Shown: in pieces, positions 12,241 to 23,623 of the stretch
How the letters are laid out: the number at the start of each line of letters is the position of its first letter
Numbering within the stretch: position 1 is the stretch's first letter
NCBI GenBank assembly: GCA_000697335.1
Contig: JNEM01011868.1
Coordinates: forward strand, 1-33,860
Direction: 5' to 3'
DNA length: 33,860 bases
Source of the DNA: Conidiobolus incongruus B7586
Lineage: Eukaryota
Translations under genes and position numbers: made by a program
Notes under the pieces: generated by a model
The model's input: only the letters and a program-made list of their open reading frames with translations
The model's database searches: none
Told to the model about the DNA's origin: nothing

Positions 12241-13177
12241 TTATTTTGAATTTGATAAATGTAATAATACTTTCAAAAATTCATCAATTTTGGTATGGTA
12301 AACAAACTTGGCCTTGTCATCATATTTGGTTGGTGTTAGATTGATAATACTAAACTGCTTGCTAGCTAGTGTCAAGCGATACGCCGATGGCACTGTTAAT
12401 GATGACCCAAGCACCATCAACATTTGATTGCTTTGAACAATATCATAAATTTGATTTCTAACATTAATATTCATATTCTCTCCAAAGAACACTACATAAG
12501 GTTTAAATGTAGGTGTATTGCAAAATGGACAATCTGGCAAATTGAAATGGTCATAATCTGTATTTTCAGATAATTGGACATCGCCATCTGGTGTTGTCTT
12601 GATATCGGAAGGATCTTCGGGTTGAAAGAAATGTTGCCAGTTGGGGTTTAAGTGTTTGAGGTGGAATTGGAAATCATCACGGGTGGTTTGGTACCCGCAT
12701 GTAATACAAGCCACCTTTTCTAATGTACCGTGCATTTCCACCACGTCTTTACTGCCCGACTTTTGGTGAAGGCTGTCGACATTTTGAGTGATGATGGAAC
12801 TGATTAAGCCCTGCTTTTGCAATTCTGTTAAACTGTAGTGAATTGAGTTGGGCTGGGATTTCGCGACGCGTTCATAACCAAAGAATGATCTGAGCCAGTA
12901 TCTCTTGCGATTGTATAGTGAAGAAGTGAATTGCTGATAGGTGATCGGCTTATGATTGGGGTTAGTAATATACACTCCTTGCGGCCCGCGATAATCAGGA
13001 ATACCGGAATCAGTACTTACACCTATTTTATAAATAAGTATTGAATTAATTATTAATGATTGACACTATCAGCATACCCGCACCAGTCAAAACAGCACAA
13101 CTACCACTAACACTTTTTATAGCTTCTAAAAATGGTCTGACGTTGGAATCTAATAACTTTGTAATAATATTGGACAT
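12241..13177 (-). CDS. NAD-dependent sirtuin, class II (SIRT4-like), 2 exons
   Basis: VLTGA|GVSTDSGIPDYRG, RKRYWLRSFFG (SIRT4 signature), ITQNVDSLHQKSG, EMHGT, Zn cysteines CITC/CPFC, PDGDV, KPYVVFFGE and LGSSLTV. Confidence 0.9.
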
Positions 13178-13558
13178 TATATGAACAATCGATCACTTGA
13201 TATGAATATTTTTTTATATATGATCAATAAACTCATCAATTTATGATCTATTAAGTAGAGGTGAATCAATTTCAAACAATTTGTGGGACTGTCAATTATT
13301 TGGTAATTAATAATTATACTAAATCGCATACAACATAGAATAAATATTTTAAAAATAGAACAAAATTAATAATACTATATTTAAAACGAATGAAATTATG
13401 ATTTAAATTCTGTAAAAATTAACTAAAAATTTCAATTTGTTAGTTCAAGCAATTAACTTGATTAAGTATGATGGGTTAAATACTGGATATTAGCACTCTA
13501 AGTGGAGGGTATTTTGTTTTTGTTTTTATTTTTTTTTTCTTTGATTTTAATACTGTTA

Positions 13559-14275
13559 ATGCGTATTCATCGTCAGTTTAATTCAAGTGTTTGGATTCAG
13601 TCCTTGATCAATGGTAACTATCAAGGTGTTAAGTTGACTGGCCAAGGTCTAATCAGTTATGATATTAACTCAAAAGGTAATATTATATTATTCATACTAG
13701 TTATCATATTAATTGTATTTGTATCGATAGGATTTGGCAAATGCTCATATCCAGAAGGAATTCATGGATACTTCACAGGAGTGAGTGCAGCAGTATTTAA
13801 TAATGCTATCAACTGTGGGATGTGTTTAAAGGTGACTAATCCCAAAACTAAAGCAAGTGTAGTTGTTCATGTTGTGGATCAATGTGTAAGCTGTCAAGAG
13901 GGTGATTTAAATATGAATAAGTTGGCGTACAGTGTGATTGGTGATTTTACCGCTGGTACTGTGAAAGCTGTGTGGGAGCAGGTGAGATGTCCGACAATGG
14001 GACCTTTAATGTATTATTGGGATAAATACAGTGACGATTGGAATGCTCTGTTACAGATCAGAAATCCTGCTTATCCTGTTCAATCTGTGGAAATTCAGCA
14101 GGAAAATGACTGGGTGTCACTCAAACTAAGGGATGATAATCATTGGGAACTCAAGCATATGGGATATGGCCCATTCAATATCAAAGTTAGAGGCACAAAT
14201 GGAAATGTTGTTGTAGACAGTAATATATCCATTAACAAACTAGAGCTTCCAGTGTACAGCGATGGTCAACTTTAG
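13559..14275 (+). CDS. Expansin-like protein (DPBB/GH45-like domain plus CBM63-like domain); 5' end uncertain
   Basis: GKCSY, CGMCLKV, VVDQCVSC, WEQVRCP, LQIRNPAYPVQSVE, DNHW and GPFNIKV follow the EXLX two-domain pattern. Likely in-frame 54-nt intron at 13677-13730. I could not assemble a clean signal-peptide exon. Confidence 0.8.
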   Translation: MRIHRQFNSSVWIQSLINGNYQGVKLTGQGLISYDINSKGNIILFILVIILIVFVSIGFGKCSYPEGIHGYFTGVSAAVFNNAINCGMCLKVTNPKTKASVVVHVVDQCVSCQEGDLNMNKLAYSVIGDFTAGTVKAVWEQVRCPTMGPLMYYWDKYSDDWNALLQIRNPAYPVQSVEIQQENDWVSLKLRDDNHWELKHMGYGPFNIKVRGTNGNVVVDSNISINKLELPVYSDGQL

Positions 14276-14340
14276 ATTGTTTTAAGTGTATATTGAATAA
14301 GAAGTAATATGAAGTGTTTAATATATAAATAGTACTTAAT

Positions 14341-15427
14341 CTAACAGATTATATAATAAATGGAGATGAAATTTATTGATGAAATGTCATAGTAATCAAT
14401 ATGGTCTCCAGACTTGAATTTGTCATTATTTAAATCAATCAATTTATCGGAACTTATTTCCATATCAACTAGTTGATTCTAATAGTTTCAAATGGTGAAT
14501 TACACTTTAGTTTACACTCATAATATATGATTCATAGATTTACCTCATCGTGTAATTTTTGATAAGTGTTTCTCATTACTTCATTCCCTAATAAGGTACG
14601 GAAATCACTTTGCATATCATTGTTGAGAGGTCCAGGTGCATAATTCAACACTTGAATATCGGGCAATAAATCATCAAACTAATTTAGTATAATCACCAAT
14701 TGATATATGATAGATCAAATGTTACATTTTCTTTAGCAATGATTTCCATTAAAGTTTTTCTAGTAAATTTAAATGTGCTATATAAACCCAAATAAGGGAA
14801 CGTTTGAACAGCTACCAAGGATGAGGTATTAATAAGAGTGGACTTGGTAAATTTTTCAAAGGATCTCCATTTTTGGAATTCAGAGCTAATAATATTATTT
14901 ATATGAGTTATTTTTAAATAATGTCTAATATATTTACCATAAACCCCATAAAGAAGTCAAATTGATATTGGAATATTCTTGAACTTGTAAATTGAAAGAG
15001 GTGGCCTTGCTAGAGATATCTCCCAAGCTACCAGTGCTATTAAATAATGCTAAATATTTGTTGGTAGGGTTCAAAAATTCAGAAGTTTGAACATTTTTCT
15101 ATATATATTAAATTTTAGTTTTAAATGGATTTAATTATATATTAAATGACTCACCTTGATCAAGTCAAAAATTTCATCAAATTTAATTTGTAAGGTATCG
15201 ATATTACTTAACTCGACGTTGTCAACCATATGAACTCTTCCGCTGTTTCCCAAATGAGTTTGAATTTCAGTTTGAGTAACTTGTAATTGTTGTTGATTTC
15301 TTCCCAGTAAGATGAGATCAATAAAGTGACTTCGATTTTAGATTAACTGTTTAGCATAACACTTGGCTATTGATTTTCCAAATCCTTTGTTAGCTCCAGA
15401 TATAATAACAAGATTTTGAGTTGACAT
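14341..15427 (-). CDS. Sepiapterin reductase-like short-chain dehydrogenase/reductase, multi-exon (missed by the ORF track)
   Basis: MSTQNLVIISGANKGFGKSIA (Rossmann GxxxGxG), LFNSTGSLGD, INTSSLVAVQTFPYLGLYSTFK (YxxxK), VLNYAPGPLNNDMQ, and FKSGDHIDYYD (SPR-type C-terminus). Confidence 0.85.
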
Positions 15428-15746
15428 AATTAACTATTAAGCAATTTAGAAATGATGTTGACAATATTTGATCTGAATTTATACTATCCATTTTCATATT
15501 TATTTTGATTTAGTTTCACATAAATTATAGCTTAATCAAATTGATCTATTCATATCTCTTTTCAATTAACTAATGATTATAAGTTGAGCGCATGGTAAAA
15601 TATACTGATATTGAATATTATACACTAATTAATTGTTTATTGTGTTGTTAATTGCATTAATTTAAATTTATTTTGTACAAATTAAATATTTTAGATCTGC
15701 TTATATTTTTCATTATATCGAATTAAGATTACTAAGTAATTCAATT

Positions 15747-18700
15747 TTAAGGTTTCTTTCTGGGTGTTTTCTTATTAGAAAAAGTCTGTCCCTCAATAAG
15801 CAACTGAGCTTCTTTACTTAATTTCCCATATCGAATGGGCGTTTGTTGTGGGCAGCTTCGCAGATTTGGACGTGGTGGACGAGTTGATCTCCTCAACACT
15901 CTAGTGGATGAGATAATTTTTGGTTTATCAGAATTCTTAGTAGCTGACGATTTGGGATTTGAAGAATTGGGAGGATTTGGAGGATGGGGAGAAGGAGGCG
16001 TTAAAGATTCAGGAGTATCGGACGTAAGGGCAGATAATTCAGAGCTAGAAAGATTTGTTGAAGATGATTGACGAGGATTGTTAATTTCTTCAAGTGTATG
16101 AAAAAAGGGTAAAATATTGGATAAGTTAAAGTCACGTGATAATATCCCAAGCTTGGAGTCTGTTTCTAAAGCTTTCCATTGTTCCTCAAGTTGTGCAAAA
16201 ATACCTTCAGCTCTCGCTTTATGTCTTTTAGCTGTATTATGGAAAATGGTGGACTTGTCATTATAAATCATACAGTTATCATAAATAAGATTAACATCAG
16301 CCTATCAAAAAATTAGTATAAATTATAAATCAAATGAATTCTAAAATACCTTAAAGTCTTCAATATTAAAATAACAATTTGCATTAACTTTGTTCGTCAA
16401 GGTAGAAAAATCCATTGGATTCTTAATTATGGTTGAATACATAGGAGCTACTTCATCGGTAACGGGTTCAGCAAACATTAAAGTTGCATCCATCCTATTT
16501 AAAGTCAGATTTCAAGAATATATAACGAAATCATATAAAAGTTCACCTTTGAAGTTTACTAACAGCCCAGAGTAGAAGAGGTTTATGAGGAACAAAAAAT
16601 GCCTCCCAATATTGAGTAATATTACGATATAATTTCGCTTTAACTCTCTCTCTTTTTCTGATCAATTCTGTTAACATAAGTATTCTTTCCAATTCTGTTC
16701 TTCTGGCAAGTAATGCCTAATAAAAATGTAAGGAACTAAGAGATTGTAAATAAATTAAAACTTGAAAATAAGATACCTGAAGTTCATTTTGTTCATTTTC
16801 GCCATCCAATTTAGTTGGTATTTTAGCTGTCCATGGCTATTTAAAAATATTATTAAATAAATCTCTTCGATATAGTGAAATAATTAAATACCTCTAGATG
16901 CAATCTCTTAATTAAGTAAGCTCCTCTATATCTCTGTTTCTTAAGAGACCAATATTGACAAACTCCTGTAACAAACCATTCGGGTTGGCTTAAATTAAAT
17001 GGAGCAATGGTTTCAAGGGCCGATTTATATAAAGATGAAGGAACAATAATCTCTTCTGTAGAAAAGGATTGTTGGTGAGCTCTAGCCGACTTTATAGCGG
17101 CAGGGTCTATATAGTGTGTTAATACATCAAACTATAAGCTCAAGATTATTGTTACCTTTATTATGCTTATTTCTAGATTGTTTATGCATACTGCAAAACT
17201 TTTTCAGTAGTTTTTGCTGTGCTTCATTGTAAATGACTTTATCTTTAAATTTCATCTAAAAACATTGATATGATGAATACAGGTATATTAATGTATTTGA
17301 ATGATTTTATATTACGGGTGTATGACGATGACAAAAGACTTTCCAATCGAGTACGTTATATTTATTCAGCTTGATTTTCATATAGAACTTTGCTTCTCTA
17401 GCACAAGTTGCGTGAAATGCTGTCGTACAAGACTTTATACTACACTGGATTGGCGCTCCTTGCTTTTGTTTACAGATATAGCATAACTAAATTAAATAGA
17501 AATCTGTATGAATTAATGTGAAAATTAATTGATATCAAAAAATAATAAATTACCAATTTCCATCTAGATCTTGGAATCTGATCCACATTGGCAATTGGCT
17601 CCATAGTATCTAAATTTACAAACGATGTTTCTGGTACCCAATCAGCACAAAGAACATGAGCCCATTTATTATTCGTGGTTTGTTTGAAAGCACCTCCTTC
17701 ATTAGGACATAGAAGACATGACTAATTTACCAGATGATTAATGAAAATTAATAAATAATTTATAACTGAATAAATTACCACTGGATTACTAGGAGATACC
17801 ATACATTTTCTGCATAACCACTCTCCTTCAGGAATAAATGGTACCCCATAGCACACTAAAAATAGGTTAAAGTCTGCGTATGGAATGATTTTTAAAATTA
17901 ACAAATACTTACTTTGATGTACAGCTAAATCGCAACCATCGCAAAACACTATACAATTGGAGTTTTCACAATCATTTTTGTCGCAGATTTCGCAAGAAGC
18001 ATCGGACTTGGCTTGAATATCTTGGATAGTTAAATTTTCGTATTTTTTCTGCCTTGACTAAAATTAAAAGAATTAAATTAATCTGATTTTGATAAATTAG
18101 TATTTACAATATTACGATTTCAAAACAGCCCTTTTCGATATGATCCATCAGGGTTTCAAAAGCCTTCAGGTATTGCGGTGCGACTGAACTTGTTCTCTTT
18201 TTTGACATAAACATATTTAACCATTTCCTATCTAAATAAAATGAATAAATTGATAATATTAATAATAGTTTAAGCATAATTAATACCTTCTTCGTCCATA
18301 TCATATTCAACTTGAACATTAGGCTGATCAAGAGACTCTAATTGATACAAATTATTAATAAAAATGAATTGCTTTGATAAGATAAATAATTACCTCGAGC
18401 TCTTAAAAAGTGTTTATTAGGTAGTTTGAATTCATCGATGTAGTCGCCTTCATCATTTATTAATTTTGGGTCAAGATAATCAAAAATTTCTTTGATTTGA
18501 ATTTGAACATGAGGTAAAGATAATTGTTCTTTTAATGCAGTGTTATTAGACATACTAAAAGGGGTGGAACATTCACTTTCTTTGACATTTTCAGAAGCCA
18601 AATCTTTTGTCGTATTATTTTCTATGATATTTATTTCCAGATTACTACTTAATTCTAGTGTTGGGAAAAGGTCGTTGAAATTTCTCTCTTCGGGAGGTTT

Positions 18701-18934
18701 TAAAGCGTTTGAAGTTGCATTTGTTGTAGAAGGTTTCCTTATCGGCTTACCTCTAGAAGGTGGCTTGGTTGTGAGAGGAGAAAGTGGTATAGATGAATTG
18801 TCATCTGCATTAATTGAAGTAGTACTTGGTTTTCTGATAATGAGTTTTATTTTCGGAGATTTGCTAAGATTGTTTCTATTTAAATGAGCATTTGATTCGT
18901 CTGAACTACTATCATAAGTGATATCTGCGGTCAT
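15747..18934 (-). CDS. NTO1: NuA3/MOZ HAT scaffold Nto1/BRPF-like: EPL1 + PHD + Zn-knuckle/PHD2 + bromodomain, multi-exon
   Basis: [13 protein letters not shown] (EPL1); [44 protein letters not shown] (PHD); [48 protein letters not shown]...[25 protein letters not shown]...YSTIIRNPMDFST...IYDNCMIYN (bromodomain). Confidence 0.9.
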
Positions 18935-21137
18935 TATGTTTTTTAAACAAAATGACAACTTTATATATTTGTATAATATTAACTAATTTTGAAGTATATA
19001 GTACAGTATTTAAAAGATACTTGTATTTAAGTATCTTGAATGGAAGAGAAGTATTTGAGACTTGTGAATGAGTTGTAAGATTAGTTATTGAATTTTGAAC
19101 TTATTGAATGCACTATTTACTAATTTGAATTGGTTTATTGTATTGGTATTGTATTAAAATAGATAGAATTTTCGTCACTCATCCAAGGACTGATTACATT
19201 CTAACATCCTTAAGTATTTAATTTGATTGGACCAACCCTTTGCCCAACTCCTTACATTCAATCAATTAGTTTAAAACTAATTTTTCAGCCAATCAAAATA
19301 GATATAATTAAATTAGATGATTTTTTAAAACAGATCTTTGATAAAAAAATTAAGATATTAATCAACTAATTAAAATATTTCAATAAATTGATTAAATTGT
19401 ATTATAAATTAATGTAATAAAATATGATAGTACAAAGTTTTTATGCTGTGATATATTTCAAATTTTTATAATGTTTGATTTATAAAATGTATTTTTATTT
19501 AATTATAAAAGTCAAAATAATAAATTAATAAATACAAAGTTTATGATCCCTTGATATTGGCAAAATAAAAGAATATTTAGATTATATTACCTAAAACAAG
19601 TTCTTAATAATCTTAATTTAGATTTTACTTTGTCAAGATATATTGATAATTAAATAACAGATATTTTCATATAAATGCCTTTTTAAAGTAGAGGTTATTT
19701 AACAAATCAATTACAATATCATTTAGTTTAAATATTGATTTTAAAATTATCAATAATAATTATATTTGTTATAGGTTACTTGTTACATTTATGCAGTATA
19801 TATCAAAAACTTAGAGTGAAATTACAATTGATTCTTGAACAGTTTTGATAAGTAAAAATAATGTATCATCAGAGTTTGATATTTTATTACAGTAAAGTTA
19901 TATTAAAAATATATTCAATGTAACTAATCTGATATAAACTCATTTGTCATTAGACTTTCAAATCATTTTTCCGTTTATTTAATATAAAATTAATGTTATA
20001 GAAAATTGAAATTTTAATAATTGCAAATTTTTAATTTTATATACTTGTATTTGTTATATATTGAATCTATAAAAAATTATTTATATACTTTGTTTTATTA
20101 AACTAATTTTAAATTTATTGAATAATTAAATAAAGTTCTGCGAAAAGAATGAAACAATTTGAATGGAATTATCCCACAACCAAAAAATCCTCATTTTTTC
20201 ATTATAAATTCAAATAATTTTTCACCTTAGAAACTTTGACATCAATCAATTTTATAAAAGCACTACAGTAGAATGAAAGATTCTTAGGAATCGGTCTCTG
20301 ATACTTTTAGTCGTTGAAAAATTGTAGATAACCTTTAAACCTTAGTTCTTAATGGTGCCAAATTAGTTAGAGAAAATTCTTCGTAATTTTCAATGATCTA
20401 AATTGGCAATCCGCTAAGGTACATTTCTTTTATTCAAAAATTAATTTATGTTATCCAAATTTCTACTGTTGGTCTGTTCTAAATGTTTACGTGAAGACTA
20501 CATGTAGTTAGTATATCGAATTGATCGTTGAATAAATTGAAATAAATTTATTATTGAATCTTTAACATCAACATATATAGAAATATCAATCAAAAACCTA
20601 TATATATCTAATAGCTATCTCTATCAAGAATATGCTCATATTAATATTATTTATCATATTTATTGTAAATTTTTAATAAACCAACCCAATATCCGTTATT
20701 TGATTAATTCTGAATTTGAAATTATATTTAAGAAAATAATCATATATTAAAACTTAAATTATTGGAGTCTTAAATAACTATTTGATATATAGTTATTTTG
20801 ACTAATTTGTATTGTGTTATTTTATTGCAGTCTTATAAAGATTTCAACTTGATTAATTCTTATCTGAATGTCCAATTAGTTAAAGTGTTTTATACGATTT
20901 TTCTGGAAAATGGATCATTTCATAATTGAATAGTTAAAATAAATATCTTATAATAGTGAATTTATTGAAAAATTCATTGGATAGAGTCTCATTTTGTGGA
21001 AACATGTACAAAATATTTAAAAAAAGATAAATCTTAATGAAAAATGAAATCATCCAATTCATTATTAGAATATAAAAATGACATAGAACTGGTTGATTAT
21101 AATGATAAATTAAAATGAACTAACCCCAATTCGTCCT

Positions 21138-21189
21138 TGAGTCACACCAATTGTGAAAACCCTGAATGAACATGTGTTTGATATATAAA
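21138..21189 (+). promoter_or_regulatory. Putative bZIP (AP-1/Gcn4-type) site TGAGTCA and TATA box upstream of the UMP-CMP kinase gene
   Basis: TGAGTCA at 21138-21144 and TATATAAA at 21182-21189, 60-110 nt before ATG 21250. Motif match only. Confidence 0.35.
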
Positions 21190-21249
21190 GAGTAATGATG
21201 TAATGATCCTTCTCAGCTTTTATCAATTATTAATTCAGTCCTTCTAATA

Positions 21250-22218
21250 ATGAGCAATAGAGTCATCATTTTCGTTTTAGGTAAACATTAACAGTTAAGT
21301 GTTGATCTATTTTTGATTAATTGAATGTAATAAAGGTGGTCCTGGAAGTGGCAAAGGTACTCAAAGTGCCAAATTGGTTGAAGAATTTCAATTTCAGCAT
21401 ATTTCAGGTATATTTCATATATCTCAACCAATTTATCATCAATGCATCGGCATTAAATACTAATTCATTAGCTGGTGATTTATTAAGGGAAGAAATGAAT
21501 CAGCCAGATTCCCAATACGGTGAAACCATTTCTAACTGCATTAAAGAAGGATTACTAGTCCCTCTCGAAATAACCATCAATCTCCTGAAAACTAAGCTGG
21601 ATCAATCACAAAATACCAAATTTTTAGTTGATGGCTTTCCCCGAGAGCTGAATCAAGCTCTGGAGTTTGAAAAACTAATCTCTGAGCCTGATCATGTTCT
21701 TTACTTTTCGTGCTCGGAGGATGTGATGTTAAAGAGATTGTTAGAACGTGGTAAGACAAGCGGTAGATCGGACGATAATGAGGAGTCTATTCAGAAAAGA
21801 TTTATTACTTTTAAGAATACTAGTTTACCTGTTATTGATTATTATAAGGAAAAGGGTAAAGTGTCTGAAGTATGCTATATAATTCAATCATGATTTTTTA
21901 TGATATTAAATGAAATTCAATTTTTTTAGGTTCCATGTGAGCAAACTCCCGATGAAGTATATCAAATAACCAGACAAGCAGTGTTGGATTTAGGGTAAAT
22001 TATTTCATATATATTATTATAATCATTAATCTAATATCTCTAATATTAGTATTGAACCCACCACATTGAACAACGAATCTGACAAAAATGCTAATGAAAC
22101 ATCTGCCCAAGATCCAGCTGAAGCTGTTGCGAATAATGAAACTATTCAAGTCGAACAACCAGATGCTGTTGCTGATGCTAAAGAGAATGATAAGCCAACT
22201 TGTTGTAATATTCTTTAG
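21250..22218 (+). CDS. URA6: UMP-CMP kinase (adenylate kinase family) with an extra C-terminal exon ending in CCNIL
   Basis: MSNRVIIFVL|GGPGSGKGTQ, HIS|AGDLLREE, FLVDGFPR, RLLERGKTSGRSDDNEESIQKRF (short LID). Last intron 21995-22049; the final exon ends KPTCCNIL* at 22218. Confidence 0.88.
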
Positions 22219-22544
22219 CCAAATCCATGAATTATATATAATTAACTATCCATGATTAATAAATAATATACAATTGTAATAATTGATACATACATATATT
22301 TTTCATATTATACTATATCTGTTATTTGGTATTGAATAATAATATAATTATTCAAGAAAGTATTTCAACAAAATCCCATAATTAAATTAGATTCAATTCC
22401 CAATTAAATTTATTTCACAATGTACGAATATTTTGAAATAATTTTTTATATCAAAATAAATAATCTACTGTAGGTTTAAATAAATATCATTAGCACAAAT
22501 ATTAAATAAATAATAATACTGATATTGAAAATTTTATTAGTAAG

Positions 22545-23325
22545 ATGATGGACGATTTTAACGGTAGTAACTCCGATGATAATTATACCAAATATTGGGT
22601 TGATTGGTATTTATCTTTAAAAGGAAGCGAATATTTCTGCGAAATTGACGAAGAGTACTTGAACGATCGCTTCAACTTGACGGGTTTACCTAACGAAGTT
22701 GAGAACTTTTCCTTGGCTCTGGATATGATTTTGGATAATTTAGGTACTTTATTAGTGAGAGGTATTGTTTATTGAATATTAATTTGGGGTGATTTAGGCG
22801 TTGCTTTGGATAACGCTACCAGTGAAATGGTTGAAAAGGACGCCAAACACTTATACGGTTTAATTCATGCTAGATATATTTTAACAATGAGAGGATTAGC
22901 TAAAATGGTAATATTTTCTATTTTTATTCATTTATTATTTCTGACTTTTAGAATAGTTGGAAAAAATGAAGAATAACCACTTTGGAAAATGCCCTCGAGT
23001 ACTATGCCAAGGACAACCCTTATTACCTGTGGGATTGAGCGATATCCCCAGAACTAAGGGCGTAAAATTATATTGCGCCCGCTGCGAAGATATTTACCAA
23101 CCTAAAGCTAACCGTCATATTAATTTGGACGGAGCCTATTTTGGTACCACATTCCCCCATATGCTATTGCAAATCTATTCCCATATAGTACCCGCTAAGT
23201 CCAACGAACGTTATGTACCTAGAATTTACGGATTCAAGATTAGGGATGTGACAAAAATTCATGAATACCAAAATGAAGAGCTTAAAAAGCATAATCAAAG
23301 GGCTTTGACTTATTTTCAGCAATAA
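22545..23325 (+). CDS. Casein kinase II regulatory beta subunit, 3 coding exons
   Basis: WVDWYLSLKGSEYFCEIDEEYLNDRFNLTGL, LYGLIHARYILT, FGKCPRVLC, KLYCARCEDIY, DGAYFGTTFPHM and YVPRIYGFKI. Probable 5'UTR intron at 22470-22540. Confidence 0.95.
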
Positions 23326-23623
23326 GATTAATTAAATTTATCTAATAGTGGGCAATTGGGTGGTGATTTCTAATTATTGGTTGGGATTATTGGTTGGATT
23401 ATTAGTTAATAAAGTATTTAAATATAGCAATATACATGTATTCTATAAATTTATATATTTATCTAATATTAAAACCATATATTAACACATATATTGAATT
23501 TAAATAATGAATATAAAAATATTTTTAAAACCTATATATCAATTGAAAAATTTGAAAAATAAAACATGATATTAACATATATAACAATAATTAATCTCAA
23601 TATATTTTATTCCCAAATATAAA

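Noticed and set aside
13502..13730. Hydrophobic 'signal/TM' stretches in the expansin ORF translation
   Set aside because: They arise from reading through T-rich intron-like sequence (GT at 13509; intron 13677-13730) from a GTG start.
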